Source: Amoebophrya sp. A120
Taxonomy: Eukaryota > Protista > Dinoflagellata
DNA length: 64,000 nt
Direction: 5' to 3'
NCBI GenBank assembly: GCA_905178155.1
Contig: CAJINV010000011.1
Location: 581,982 to 645,981 of the forward strand
The notes under the pieces were generated by a model that worked only from the letters and a program-made list of their open reading frames with translations, had not been told where the DNA came from and made no database searches. Positions 25,701 to 37,939 of this stretch are shown here, piece by piece. Numbering within the stretch: position 1 is the stretch's first letter; each line of letters opens with the position of its first letter. The position numbers and the translations under genes are program-made.

Positions 25701-28700
25701 CACATAGCACCGCCGCGCGGAATCTTCCGAAGGATGGCAGGGCTAATTTTGTGATGAGCCGCCCCCCGCAGGCGCACTCCGGCTTCCCGAAGTCTCCGAT
25801 CTCCGGGGCCCCGGATCCGCGCAAAGCCACTTCGTTCGTTCGTTCGTTACGGTGAAACGAACCATAACGAACGAACGAACGAAAAGCCATTCGTTCGCTC
25901 GTTCGTTCGTTAGGAAGATAGTAGGGAGATAGAATCGGGCTCGTTCGTTCGTTCGTTCGTTACGGTGAAACGAACCGTAACGAGCTAACGAAAGTCCATT
26001 CGTTCGTTCGTTTGGTCGTTACCGGACCCGCGAAGCCACTTCGTTCGTTCGTTCGTTACGGTGAAACGAACCATAACGAACGAACGAACGAACACGCATT
26101 CGTTCGTTCGTTCGTTCGCTTGGATGACAAAGCCAGTGCGTTCGTTCGTTCGTTTGTTCGTTCTGATGCCACAAACGAACTCGTTCGTTCGTTCGTTACG
26201 GTGAAACGAACCGTAACGAACCGTAACGAACCGTAACGAACGAACGAAAATTCGTTCGTTACGGTCAAACGAGCCGTAACGAGCCGTAACGAACCGTAAC
26301 GGACTCAGCCCCAACTATATTGCTTCGCCGCAATATTCCTTCGCCGTCTTTTTTTTATAATCATACGAAAACATATTGGATCGCTAGGGCGGCCGTACAG
26401 TTGTTTACCTACGGTGGGGTCGTAGAATCAAAAAAAAAAATCGCGCGCGCGCACTGCGCGCGCATTCGTTCCTCCCATACGCAATGGCTTTGCATTGATT
26501 CGAAGACCATAGAAGAGAGGCAAGGAAGTTGTGCACTGTTATACAAACCGCTCCTGGAACAAAAACAGCGGCACCTCCAGATACCCCAGCAGCTGCGGGC
26601 CCTTGTCCGCGAAGGGTGATTGCGAGAAAAGCTCAAAGCGGATGCAGTTGTCCGGATTGGCGTCGTAGTCTTGCACCGGGAACTTCGGCAAAAAACACTC
26701 CCGCGGCCAGCGGTACTGCGCGGCGTGCTCCACCGGGCCGCCTTTCACGCACATCAAGGGTCGGAAGGTCAAGGGCGCGTTGGGAAGAAGTGCAGGGTCA
26801 GGGTGATGTGCTGCTGTTCTACTTGAGGGCTCCTGCTGCTTTTGTTTGTTGCTGGAAGTTGTTGCTTGGGCAGCTGAGTTACCATGTTGATCCGGAGTTG
26901 TTGGACTAGACCCCCCGATCATTCCGGCAAACTCCGCGAAGCGTTTCCGCAGATTGATGCACTCGGCCTTGTAGGGCGCCACCGCGATCGTCTTGCAGTC
27001 GCACATTCCGAACTTCACGCGCCAAAAAATCTTGGACTGCAAAATCTTCAGATTGTGCATGTCCTTCTTGAACCTCCTCAGCAACAACGGGTTCTTCGTC
27101 TGCTGCCGCGCCGCCGTTCGTGGAGATAGAGGGTTCACTTCCAAACTAATTCCGGACGTCGTCGACGCGTGGTTGATTTCATTGTTCTGCTCCTGCGTTG
27201 TCCCGTCCGCAGTACGATCCGCTGCAGCCCCGGGAAGCTGCACTTGTTTCACCACTTCGGCAGCAGACCCAGACGTGAGCTGCTCCTGCTGACTGGGAAC
27301 AAACGGCTCACTGTCGTGGCTGGAAAAGCTGTGCCGTGTGCCTTTCGTGTCCGTGACCGGCGACCACTCGTGGTTGTTTTCCACCAGTACATTTTCCTCA
27401 TCGTGTCCATCCAGTTGTGCCGCCGCGGGCCGACTGGAGGATGACGTTGCGGAGGACGAAGAAGAAAAGTTTTCCTCCTCGACATCGTCGCGGGAGAGAG
27501 AATCAATACTATCGCGGAAATTATTATTGTCTTCTTGGTGTTCTTGTTGTACTACCACGACTCCATGCGCCGTCTTTCCACCTCTTTTCTGTTCCACTTC
27601 GTCGTCTGGCGGGGGGAAAACCGACATAGTCTCGCGGCCTGGAGATAGTACAATTTTTGCGGTTGTAGATCTCTCTCCATCAGCATCCTCGCAGCCGCCC
27701 ACTACTTTCTCCACCTCGTCGTCGCGTGGGTCATCTTCAAGCGACTTGTGACCACCACCACCATCTTCGTGCTGATGTTGGCCTAGTTGATGTACAACAT
27801 CTTCGTCATCTTTATTTTTCGCGTCAAAATAACTCATCTCCGCATTATGTTGTTGAACATAAGTCTCGCTGTCCTCGTCGCCGTCCTGCAAAAGGTGCTC
27901 CTGAGACCCAGCGTAGTAATTTGCCAAGTCTGCGATGTCTCCCTGCGACGTCGGGCCCGCCGGCGGACTGTCTGCGGAGGTCGGAAAAACGCGGTCGTAT
28001 CAAATGCAAATATGTCTGGGTCTGGAAGAGTGCTAACTTGTCACGCAGGTTTTCCATGACCCGTGAGTTCTGGAATGCGGGACCTAGCATGACAGACTCT
28101 GTGAGGTCTCTGTCATGCCTATCCTGCACGAGAAATTTCCTCCCAACTTTGTCGAAAGTGGACAGCTTTTGGCACTCATGCAACACAGATTTTTGCATGA
28201 TTTAGATTTAGCATGACAAGATGCAATTCTCCCGACATCCAGGGATATTTGCAATCCATAGGTCGTAGTCCAACACGACGTCCTCCACTTGAATCTCCAA
28301 AAACGCCGGGCGGTCGTTATAACCCGCTCAGGTGTTACAATCTCAAACGTTGCAATAGAGTCTGAGACTTGTCTTGCATGAAGAGCATGACAGACTCGCA
28401 GAGCGTTCCACTTTCTGCAATACAAGTTTCGCCAGATTGTACTAGTGGGGTTTGGGGCTCCGGAACTTGTCATGCGCAATCCTGCGAGAGTTGGCTAGAT
28501 CACGCGCTCTTGCATCACAGATTTCCATACTCTATTGTAACGTTTGAGATTGTAACGCTTGAGCGGGTCATAGTCGTCTTTTTCGTGCACGGGCAGGAAG
28601 TCCACGCTTTCCCGCAGCAAGGGAATCTATCCTGTGACAAAGTATCGGACTCGTAGTGATCGCAGTTATGCATTACAAATCTACTTGCTAAGGTAAACGT

Positions 28701-31700
28701 AAATCCGCATTACAAATTCAATCTGTAATGCTTAGCCAATTTGTATTGCGATTTATACTAGTACGATACTTTTGCAATGCATAGCACCCAGTGGTCCACG
28801 ATGTCCTCTTCCAACCCGTAGAACTCCAGCGGCGCCTCCTTCTTCTCCGCGTGGCTGCTAGAAGAACTACCACCCGTCTGGTGGTTGGGAAAAAGCGTGA
28901 ACGCAGCGAGGTGCAGCTGCTTCATCTTTATTCTTTCGTCATGATTGTTCTCTTTATTATTTTCTTCCGAGAAAATTCTTAAATTTTCGCTTTCCCCAGC
29001 AGCCGCCGGTTGTGAGGGGGTTGTTGTTTTCTTGAGCGCCCAAGGGTTGTAGCCGAGGGGAATGCGTAGTGCCTTTCGCTCTTCAGATGTTGACCCAGTC
29101 GTGCTCACCTTGCTCGTGGTTTTTTTATCCAGACGGGGGTCTGTCGTGTCTGCAACGTGGCCTTGACGTTCCGCTTCGGTCGTGTTTTCGCCATTTATTC
29201 CGAGATCCTCCTGATGATGTCCAGCACTTGTCGCAACTACGATTTCGTCGTCGAGGTCATCATCTTGCCTGCCCACCGCTGCTTGCGACTCCACTGTAGC
29301 CCCCGCGGCCGCCCCGCCTGCCTGCAGTAGTTCCACCTCCTGTTCCTGGTTAATGGTAGAACCACCAATACAAGCTGCGCCCCCTTCGTCGAAAAATTCG
29401 AGATCCACCGAGTAGTTCCTCCTCCGTCCGACGACTTCCATGACGGGAAACAAAGACCCAGTCTCTGTCGTACTACCCGTCCTCCCTCCAAATTCGTCTT
29501 CCTGAAACACCGCGGCGCCGCTGAGCGGAAAGATGTCGCGCACCGTTTCCTTCTCGTAGCTGTTGGAATAGTAGTACGGCCGATGCTATCAACTTTGCAA
29601 AAGTTCTTCGTACTACTATATTGTGCTTTAATCGCAATAATATTGCGTGACATCTCTGGGCTAATCTTGAAGTAGATCTTCAGCTGCAATACAAATTCCA
29701 TATTTTTCGCGCTCCACAATAGATACACTTGTTGTCATGCGACTTGTCGCGTAGTACGATATTATGCTTTTGCAACGCATAGATGCAGCCGGTCCGCCTC
29801 TTCCTCCGCCTGGGCCGGGGTATCCACAGAAAAACACCCATCGACATCCATTTTTTGCATGACAAACCCATGACTTAATACGTGTTTTGCATGACAAATT
29901 GGATGTGGATGAGTTTTTTTCTGTGGATACGGGGAGTAGGTTTCGTCCACCTTGAGAATCCGGAGTCCGCGCTTTTTCACAAAAGAGGGATAACTCGTAT
30001 CGTCGAAAGGACGATCCACGGACGGAGACGATTCCTGCCGAACCAGTTCCTTGGATAAAGACTTTCCCTTGAGCGACCCGAACAACCCACCCCGCTCTTT
30101 CTTTCCAAGCGGGCTGTAGTTGTGCCGTGGACTACTCGCGCTGCCTCCTTTGGGGGACGAGGCACCGGCTCGGTCGCCTCCTGTTCTAGAAGACGCGGTT
30201 GACACTTGGTCGACTACCTCGTAGAGTATCACGAGACAATGCGTCCCATCCGTTTGGTCCTCGCCCAGAATCTCTTTGCCAAAAAGCTGGGCCGTAAATC
30301 CTTTCAAAATGTTATGAGAGTGCACAACTCCCCCTCCCCCTCATTTGTATTGCATGAACAGCAATACAAACACCAGCACACGTGAAGCCTGTGCATGACA
30401 TCAAATTCATGCGCCTAGTGTAGTACTGTTTGGGCTTCCGGAATCTCTCATGCGTACAGTGCCACAGGGAAGCACTTCAATTTGGGCTTTTGCATGACAA
30501 ATGAGGGGGAGGGGAAGTTGTGCATTCCCATAAATGTCCACCATGCCACCGCCGGCAACCTGTGTTGGAGTTTTAATATCTTGGCAGAGATGCTGATGAA
30601 CTTCTATCTTCTACCTGGGGAAAACCTGTTACACGAAAACGAAAAGCAACGATACTATCATGCGAAAATAAAGAGATTATACGAAATATAGAAACTTCAG
30701 TGCTCGGTGTCAGACCGTGTCAATAAAAAAATCACAACTTAAATGATGAATCTTCCCACGATCGATCTTCATAATACGTTCTGCAAGATGCGGTAGAACT
30801 TAGCGTTTTCGCTTTTCTGGTGTCTTTTCTTCCACAAAACGCCCTGCTTCAGAATGCGGACGCGCTTGGGGCGCATGTGGCCCTGCAGTTCCAAGTTTGA
30901 GCCGGGAAAGAGGAACAGTCCGCAGTTCAAATCGCGCGGGCGGAACTCGCCCTTCGCCTGGGCCGCCGCAGCCCGCTGGCGGTCGTATTTGTCGCGCCGC
31001 TGTATGGATGTGTCAGGTTTGAAATCGTCAAAGTTGAAATAGTTTGTCATGCATAAAACGGATACCCGTTAGACCTCCAGTTTGTAGTCGGTGCATGACA
31101 AATTTTCCCGGTCCTGGAAGCGAGTCTGTCGTGCGGTTTAGGGCAAAAGAGCTGCCTTCTGTCATGCTAGTCAGCAGTCCAACTGTTGACCCTTACAAGG
31201 ACTATAATCCGCCTCCCGTGGGTCCTCTGCAATAGAGTCACTTTCTGCGTCGCATTTTATGCATTACAAATTATTTCAACTTTGATGATTTCAAACCTGA
31301 CGCTCCCATACGCTGCCGCTCCCGCGTATCGCGCGCCGTCGCCGAGATTTCGACCAGCGTTTTCTGCGCAGTGACGGAGAGGTAGTCAAACATCGACCCG
31401 ATTTGTACTCCGATACCACCGAAAAAACCGGTGGCTGAGGATTGCGGTTCCGCCGCGTCTTCAACAGCAGCTCCAGTTTCTGTAGCGGCAGCGGCGCTAG
31501 AAGCCGTTTCTCTACTATCCGCCCCTTCGAGCGCTGCGGCATCTTGGTCAACTACATCTACTGTGGCCAACGGTTCTTCTTGCACGGAGTGGTCTGCAGA
31601 AGATGATGTCCCCTCTACAGAATGAAATTCCGTACCTTCCACCGAAAGTGCCGTGGCGAGCAGAGCGTCGTCTTCTGCAGCCGTACTACCCGGCTGATTT

Positions 31701-34700
31701 TTATACTCTGCCGGGTATAATCCGCCCCCCGTCGCTTCATCTTCCCCCGGGACTCCTGCTGCGCGGTCTTCCACAAGCAGTGGCGCTGCTTCCTCGTCTT
31801 CATTCGCAGGGGCCGATGTTCCTGCGCTCGCCGTGGTAGTAGTACCTCCGCTTGCTCCACTGGAGTAGAACATCCTGGCCCACAGCGAACCGAAAAACGT
31901 GGTAGATATTCTATGAAAAAACGTCCCCACCCCATAGTCAAGATGGGGATTTGGCTACACAAAGCGAGCATCTTTTGGCTGTCGCGCAAGACAAGTTTGG
32001 GCTCGCCGCGTCATCGCGTTTAGCTAGTGTAGCTGCATCACAAATCGATCCCCTTATGCTGCTTCTAGCATGACGCACTGCCAGACAGCATTACAGAATG
32101 CTCTTCAACATGGGGCTCTGCATGACAAACGTTTGAGGATGAGGCTTGCAGATTTGCATGACAACTCTGGGTTGGGGAGGTTTTTCCGCAGGATAGTAGA
32201 GGGCTTGGATACATCCACCGGATGGTCTTTGTTGTCCTCATCGGCGTCGGCGGTCGCGGTCGAAGCACCGTTTGCCGACTCGGCGGCTGGAAGTAGATCC
32301 GCAGCTGCAGATCCTCGTCTCTGCCGAAGCCCCTCTGGCGCGCCAACGTCGGAGATGGTCGTGTAGTCTTCGGTAATTATCATATCCGCAGCAGGTGTGT
32401 CAGAAGGACCACGCGCTGCCGCGTCCTCTCCATCATGGATCTCCTTCTCCTGCCCAGAAGCCGGGGTGGTGTCATTCTTCGCGCCAACATCTTCCATAAA
32501 AAAATTTCCATCCTCCTTCTGACCTTCCAGTTCACACGAGGTGAGTGCCAGGTTTACCAGCCGGTCCGTTTCCGAAAGCGCCATAACTTCTCCGACCGAC
32601 ACGGACTCCTCCGGCTCAGCTCCGCCTTTCGTCCGGCCCCGCTCCACGTCCAACACTTCTTCTTGCAAGTTCTCCTGCTCTTGTAGCGCCGTCGTTATAT
32701 TACCACTACCAGCGATTATTTCATCATCTTGCGCAAGCGGAGGACCTGCTGCAGCCGCACTGTCGCGCCCAGAAGTACTCTGCAGCGTCCTCTGCTGGGC
32801 ATCCGAAGAACTGTAGTTTTCGTTCGGCGCCTGTTGTTGTACTGACGGTGGCAGGAGACGCTGGAAGGGCCGTTCTACTACATCGTCGGGCTCGGGCTTT
32901 CTTGTACCATCTTCCACCTCGTCCTCCCCTCCGCGACTGAGAGACACGAAGCTCTTGTCCAGGAGGCTTGTGGCGACGTGTGGAAATAAGGGTAAAGCGT
33001 CCGACGGGGGCACCACGTGCCGTGCGTGCGGCGTGCCGGTCGGACTCGGATACAGCAAAGCATCGTCGTCGGTTCGTTTCGAATCGCTCCGACTCGCACA
33101 AGAACTGGAGGCGAGCGGGACCACTTGCGTGTATTTCGGACTCCCTGGGAGTTGTAGAGCTTCAGGTATGCAAGAAAAAAACTGCGTAAGTGTAACTTTG
33201 TAATGCAGAGCATGAAATAGAGGCACACCTGTCATGCCAGACAGCCACGAAGTCCTCTTTTGATGTGTGTTTTCCCTTACAAGCCACGCATGACAGGTTT
33301 TCGCTGTCATGTAGAGCATATTTGTGATGCTATCAGCCAAGGAAAGTTACACTGACACAGTTTTTTTCTTGGATAGCAGGACCGGAGTGTGGGGCTGCAG
33401 AAGTTATCATAGTACCATCATGATGTTGATCTAGTGCGCTGCTTTTATCGATAGTATAATTTTTGTCACTGCTCGCGAGAAGTGCAGCTGCGCGCGCGTC
33501 CTGTTCCTCCTCTTCGGCTAAAAAAGTGGCTTCTTCCTCCTGTGTGGGTGTCCAGCTGGCGTGCCGCATGGCGCGCACAAACTGCGGGCTGCGAGGGCCA
33601 GTACAACTACCAGGGTCGGCATGATCTCCGTCGCTTGTGTCGTCGTGAATTATATCAGTTGCACCTGAAGATGGGATTTGGATCATGAGCGCAGCAGGAG
33701 CTGCGGTTTTAGGTGCAACACCGGTTGTATCCTCCTCACCAGCAGCAACATCTTCGGACGACGAGGACGGCTTTTCTTGCGCCGTGTACAACGGCTTGCC
33801 ATCCGCGCCGTTAAGCTGAAGATCCGCTACCGTTACAACTGGCCCTGCCGGGAGATCCGAACTGGTGGCGGACTCTTCCCCGGTATGAAATGCAGCGACG
33901 TCTGGGTCTGGAATTAAAATGTGATGCTAATAAAAATTTGCGGATCTTCACAAATATGAAAGACACGCATGACAAGTTTCTGAGCGACTAGGTGTTCTTG
34001 TGTAAAACTGCATGAGAAACTGCGTTTCTGCATTACAAGAAAAGCAGCGCGGTAGCGCGACATGCACGACAGATCCTTGATCTTGTCTAATGTCAGCAGA
34101 GCATTACTTACAAGGCTTACAATCTCCCAGAACCAGACATATTTGCAGTGGATACCCGGGCTTGATCTCCAGTTCCTCCATCCGAGTAGTTCCCGCTGTA
34201 TATGAAGATGGGATTTGGATCATGAGCGCAGCAGGAGCTGCTGCTGTTTTAGGAACGGCGGTTCTTGTATTGTCACCAGGAGCAATAACATCCTCGGACG
34301 ACGAGGACGGCTTTTCTTGCGCCGTGTACTGCTCGCCACCTAAATCGTCCTGATCAACACCCTATGCACGGCAAACGGATCACAATCGTACAAATTGCAA
34401 GCATGCAAGACAAATCTGGTTCCGTACTTGAATCTGCATGACAAATTGCAATTTTCTTCTTGAGAAATTTATTATTATTTGTAATGCAATTTGTACTAGT
34501 GCGATGCTTTTGCAGTGCATACACCTCCTACGGTAGTCACAACTGGTCCTCCTGGCGGGAGGTCCGAACTGGTAGCGGACTCTTCGCCCGGCTTGATCTC
34601 CAGTTCCTCCATTCGCGGAATCGAGGTTGCGCGACCAAAAGACAGCAAATCGACATCTTCAACGATCCCCCCGTCGTCGCTACTAGTTGTACTGCTCTTC

Positions 34701-36478
34701 GCTTGCTTATCCAGAAAAGTAACAGTGGAAGTGTACCTTTGTAGGAAGGGCAGCATCACAAATTCGCTTTGCATTACAGGGAAATAAACCTGTCATGCGC
34801 AGCTAGTATATCCTCGAAGCGCGTACTTATGAAAGTGGGCTATGACGCACATCCAGCATGACAAGTGTCAAAATTTTGCATTTTCTGCACCACCGACTCG
34901 CACTCACACAGTTTTTTTTCTTGCATACTGCTCTACTTGGGACGGCGGTGCACCCTCCTCGGGACTGGACGCCGGCTTCGAGGGGATTTCCGAGTCCGGC
35001 GGTAATAAATCTAGCTCCGGGCTTTTTTTACTCGACGTGGCATTTTGATGCCTCTTGTCGCTCGTAGATGTCAAAGTCCCTGCTGGGCTTGTTGTGCCAA
35101 GAATTATAATCTTAGCATCGTCCACCTCCGCGGGCACCCTAGCTCCTTCGACATTGTGCACTAAAGTTGTAGGGGACCCTGCCTCCGCCCGATCGTGAAG
35201 ATCATCTTGTTCCTCTTCCGCATTCATCAGTACCGTCGCCTGATCATCATGATCATCTCCTTCTCCGCCCACTATCACACAGAAAAAAGCAGGCAGGTCA
35301 CATTTGTAATGCAAAAATAAACACGCCAAAAAATCTGTATTGCATACCCGGAACAGCATGCTATGTGGCCGCCCATGACAGATTTTTCTGCGTATTTATG
35401 TATGCATTACAAATCTGCCCTGCCTGCTTTTTTCTATGGGATACCCACCACAGGCTGCGCAGGCCGCGCGTTCTTCTCCGGTGCCGCCAGCAGTGGTGGC
35501 AGCGACTCCCGACCGGACCCGCTGCTGGACCGCCGCTTCGGGCGGGCGATTATCCAAGAAAAAAACGTTGCTAGTGTAAATTTGTGATGCGCAGCATGCA
35601 AATTGATTGCGCCGGTCATGCTGAGCCTGCATAGTAGGGTCCATTCAAGGGCGTTTCACGTACTATCTGCGCATGACAGGTTTTTGCTGTCACGCGAGAC
35701 ATATTTGTCATGCTAATCCTCCAAGAAAGTTACACCTATTTACAATCTTTTTTTCTTGGATAGCGATTACCTCGTCTTCACTGTTGAATTCCTCATACGC
35801 CTCCGGGTGGTCGGCGTTCGCGCGTTGCAGGATCGCCGTCGGGGAGGTCAACACCGTTTCTAGGGCGTTGAACAAAAGCTTTGCGGGTGCGCCGGCGTCC
35901 GTAGACGTGGCCGAGTCCTCTTCCCCAGCGGTGGACTTCGAGTCCGTTCGGGAAGAAATAACCGTGGGCACGCCTGCACGCGGAAGCTGTTGCCCACCCC
36001 CTCGTCCGCGCTGTTGTGCTAAGACGGAACTGCTGCTCGGTCCATAGCCTCCAAGAAGCGCTGATGACGAAGATAGTTGCAGGCCACTAGAAGTGGTGCC
36101 CGAGGTCGTGCCGGCCCGCAAGGTGGTACTACTACCTGGGAGTTGTGCTCCTGTCGTTGCCCCCGCCACCCACTCCGGCGGGCGCGGCGTGCCCCGGACG
36201 CTCGGGGGCACGGTGGTCGTGGCGCTCCGGGCGGACAGCAGCCCCGGCTCCGATTTGCCCTCCTGCACGAAACGGACGGGGGAAGATTCGCCCTCGTCCG
36301 GAATGACGGAATCGCCGCCGTCGTCATCGTAGCGGCTGTCCGAATCCTCCGCCCGGGCGGGAAGAAAACCAACATCTTCGGACGCGCGCGCGGGTTCTTG
36401 AGGCAGCTGTTCTCTTGAACCACGACTAGTACTGCTTTTGCCACCAGCGACAGAAAGGGGGCCCTCGTCTGTCATCAT
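16768..36478 (-). CDS. Giant membrane-associated protein: low-complexity N-terminus, PH-like, C2-like, transmembrane (Pex24p/MCTP-like) and DysF (peroxin/ferlin) domains; 22 introners plus at least one GT-AG intron
   Basis: All 22 introner junctions translate in frame. Motifs: LKQGVLWKKR...YYYSNSYEKETVRDIFPL (PH-like); IRFELFSQSPFADKGPQLLGYLEVPL (C2-like); VFENERR...GDPSEWCD...DVDGWRYA...VRRRHW (DysF); hydrophobic helices at about 23150-23330, 22450-22560 and 17930-18020. 3' end may extend further. Confidence 0.75.
17057..17277. mobile_element. Introner, family C (TIR TATGAGAGTGCACAACT)
   Basis: TIRs; left end TG instead of TA; flanks gtgcc/ttgcc. Confidence 0.85.
18150..18436. mobile_element. 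Introner, family A (diverged)
   Basis: TIRs; flanks acaga/acagg. Confidence 0.8.
19830..20275. mobile_element. Introner, family D (enlarged)
   Basis: TIRs; perfect TSD ttcgg. Confidence 0.8.
20696..20958. mobile_element. Introner, family A
   Basis: TIRs; left end CA; flanks agggg/acggg. Confidence 0.85.
21021..21293. mobile_element. Introner, family A
   Basis: TIRs; perfect TSD tgttc. Confidence 0.9.
22854..23125. mobile_element. Introner, family A
   Basis: TIRs; perfect TSD caaac. Confidence 0.9.
23367..23645. mobile_element. Introner, family B
   Basis: TIRs; perfect TSD acacg. Confidence 0.9.
24278..26543. mobile_element. Introner, family C, expanded to 2.27 kb by nested insertion(s)
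   Basis: tatgagagttgtgcacaa ... gttgtgcactgttata; flanks cggac/caaac; removal gives in-frame QERFG|QTEYQFPLVMAIKK. Confidence 0.75.
24752..26319. mobile_element. Non-autonomous TIR element (MITE/foldback-like) with (CGTT)n subterminal arrays
   Basis: Perfect TIR TATAGTTGGGGCTGAGTCCGTTACGGTTCGTT / AACGAACCGTAACGGACTCAGCCCCAACTATA; outer TA may be a TA TSD; no credible ORF. Confidence 0.85.
27998..28260. mobile_element. Introner, family A
   Basis: TIRs; perfect TSD ggtcg. Confidence 0.9.
28318..28572. mobile_element. Introner, family H
   Basis: Long TIRs; perfect TSD gtcgt. Confidence 0.9.
28628..28783. mobile_element. Introner, family F
   Basis: TIRs; flanks gaatc/gcacc. Confidence 0.8.
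29587..29781. mobile_element. Introner, family F (diverged)
   Basis: TIRs; perfect TSD gatgc. Confidence 0.85.
29821..29929. mobile_element. Introner, family I (TIR TATCCACAGAAAAA), 109 bp
   Basis: TIRs; perfect TSD cgggg. Confidence 0.9.
30313..30532. mobile_element. Introner, family C
   Basis: TIRs; perfect TSD aatgt. Confidence 0.9.
31003..31310. mobile_element. Introner, family J (TIR TATGG....GTCAGGTTTGAAATC.TCAAAGTTGAAATA)
   Basis: About 50-bp TIRs; perfect TSD cgctg. Confidence 0.9.
31907..32195. mobile_element. Introner, family B
   Basis: TIRs; perfect TSD gtaga. Confidence 0.9.
33167..33375. mobile_element. Introner, family K (TIR TAT.CAAGAAAAAAACTG)
   Basis: TIRs; flanks tcagg/gcagg. 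Confidence 0.9.
33884..34154. mobile_element. Introner, family A
   Basis: TIRs; perfect TSD cccgg; paralogous empty site at about 34578-34600. Confidence 0.9.
34363..34521. mobile_element. Introner, family F
   Basis: TIRs; flanks caccc/cacct. Confidence 0.85.
34708..34927. mobile_element. Introner, family K (diverged)
   Basis: TIRs; flanks ttgct/ctgct. Confidence 0.8.
35273..35443. mobile_element. Introner, family G (TIR TATC.CA.AGAAAAAAGCAGGCAG)
   Basis: TIRs; perfect TSD cccac. Confidence 0.9.
35551..35762. mobile_element. Introner, family K
   Basis: TIRs; perfect TSD gcgat. Confidence 0.9.
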
Positions 36479-36904
36479 GCGAGGGGAGCAGGGGAAAAGC
36501 GTAGGAGCTGAACCCTAGCACCTCCTGGGTAATGCCTTTGATAGCGCGTATGACATTAGAACAAGCTCTCGCAGACCGGTCGTAGAACGAGCTCTCGCAG
36601 AACTACAGATTTCTCTTTCCATACCTCCGAATAAACTACAGCGCGAGAAGAACAACACACCAGGATGAGCAACAAGAACAGCTTGATCTTCCCAATATCT
36701 TGACGCATACTCGGTGAGGCGAGTCTGTTCTGACCATGATCACAGTCAGAAGCTTTGTTTATCACTCTATCGAGCAAGGTGGATTTTGACAACTACAAGG
36801 GGAAAAATCAGTGCGGTTTTTCACGAATCTGTAGCAGTGTTGTATTATCTTCGTGCCGTAGCCAAGCTTAGTTTCCTAGAGCAGCTACGGGTTTATTTTT
36901 TCAG

Positions 36905-37035
36905 TAGTGCGTAGTTGTAGTAGTTTAGTTGCGCCAAGCAGAAAACTCATCAGAAGTGCTACACTCCTTACAAACAGAACAAGCGATGGCAACATCACCT
37001 GCTGTTAAGGTGCAGCTTCAGGATGTCCAGCACTA
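36905..37035. repeat. Intergenic dispersed repeat, second copy at about 40290-40430
   Basis: gtagtagtttag.tgcgccaa...aactcatcagaagtgctacac...acaaac present at both sites. Confidence 0.65.
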
Positions 37036-37939
37036 CGAAGAAAATAAAACACTGGAGGCGATGATTCTTGTTGGTTCTATTTCTAATCTTTGTGGCGTTC
37101 AGATGCACAGATGCTTGCTAGCTTGCAATGCTACGCACGGACCGATGCTAAACTAAACACGCGGAAGGTTCGAACATACACAAAATCTGCGTCAGCTTGT
37201 AAAAATGCATGGAGCAAGTATGTTCAAACTATTCGACTTCGACCCCTGTCGACCTGTAGACAAAACAAAAGCAGTCTCAGTGCTGGGGGTTTTCGGGAGC
37301 TTTATCTTTTGCGAGGACTAATATAGCGCTTGTAGTTGTTGGGGTTCCGGCTAAAGTAGATGCACGGAGGTCGAGTTCTCGCCCTTCTTCTTTTCTTCCG
37401 TGCCTGCAGCTTCTCTTGATCTTCGCGCATCCTCGCTGGCTGGCGTAGGAGGATATTTGTTTGTTTGTCAGTTGAGATTGGTCACATGGAACCAGTTGAA
37501 AGGTGTTCTTTCTTCTCATGTGTCAGTGTCTAGCGCTACTTCAATAAAAAGCACAACCTGGCGGAGCTGCTGTGGGGCCCGCCTTAGAAAAACTAACTGT
37601 ACCTGATGCTGGGAGCGCTAATTTTATAGAAAAACAGACCCTGTCTGGAAGACAAAAGGTGTGATGAATTGCTAGGAGAAGTCTTTTCATCTTCAAGACA
37701 TGCTGTTCAGAAATCAAAGCAAAGTCTTACTTTTTTTGTTTTTTTTTTTAAGAGCCTTGCTGCGTCGGTCAGCATCGGATCGTCTAAATCATATAGGAGC
37801 TTTTATAAGTACTTATGCTCCAACACAAGCCAGCTCGATTCCCGCTAGGGTAGATCTCCTGCTGGTAGTGCCGGAACTACTACTGGTAGGATCTCCCGCT
37901 GGTTCCTGGACATCCTGGAGCAAGGGCACCCGAGCAGCC

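Larger units (their letters stand above)
33655..34612. repeat. Intragenic coding tandem duplication (two units: MEELEIKPGEESATSSDLP...YTAQEKPSSSSEDV...ALMIQIPSS)
   Basis: 33667-33790 matches 34204-34329; 33835-33883 plus 34155-34182 matches 34539-34612. Confidence 0.85.

Noticed and set aside
24752-26319. CRISPR-like array
   Set aside because: The repeats are degenerate microsatellite-like units without unique constant-length spacers, there are no cas genes, and the context is eukaryotic.
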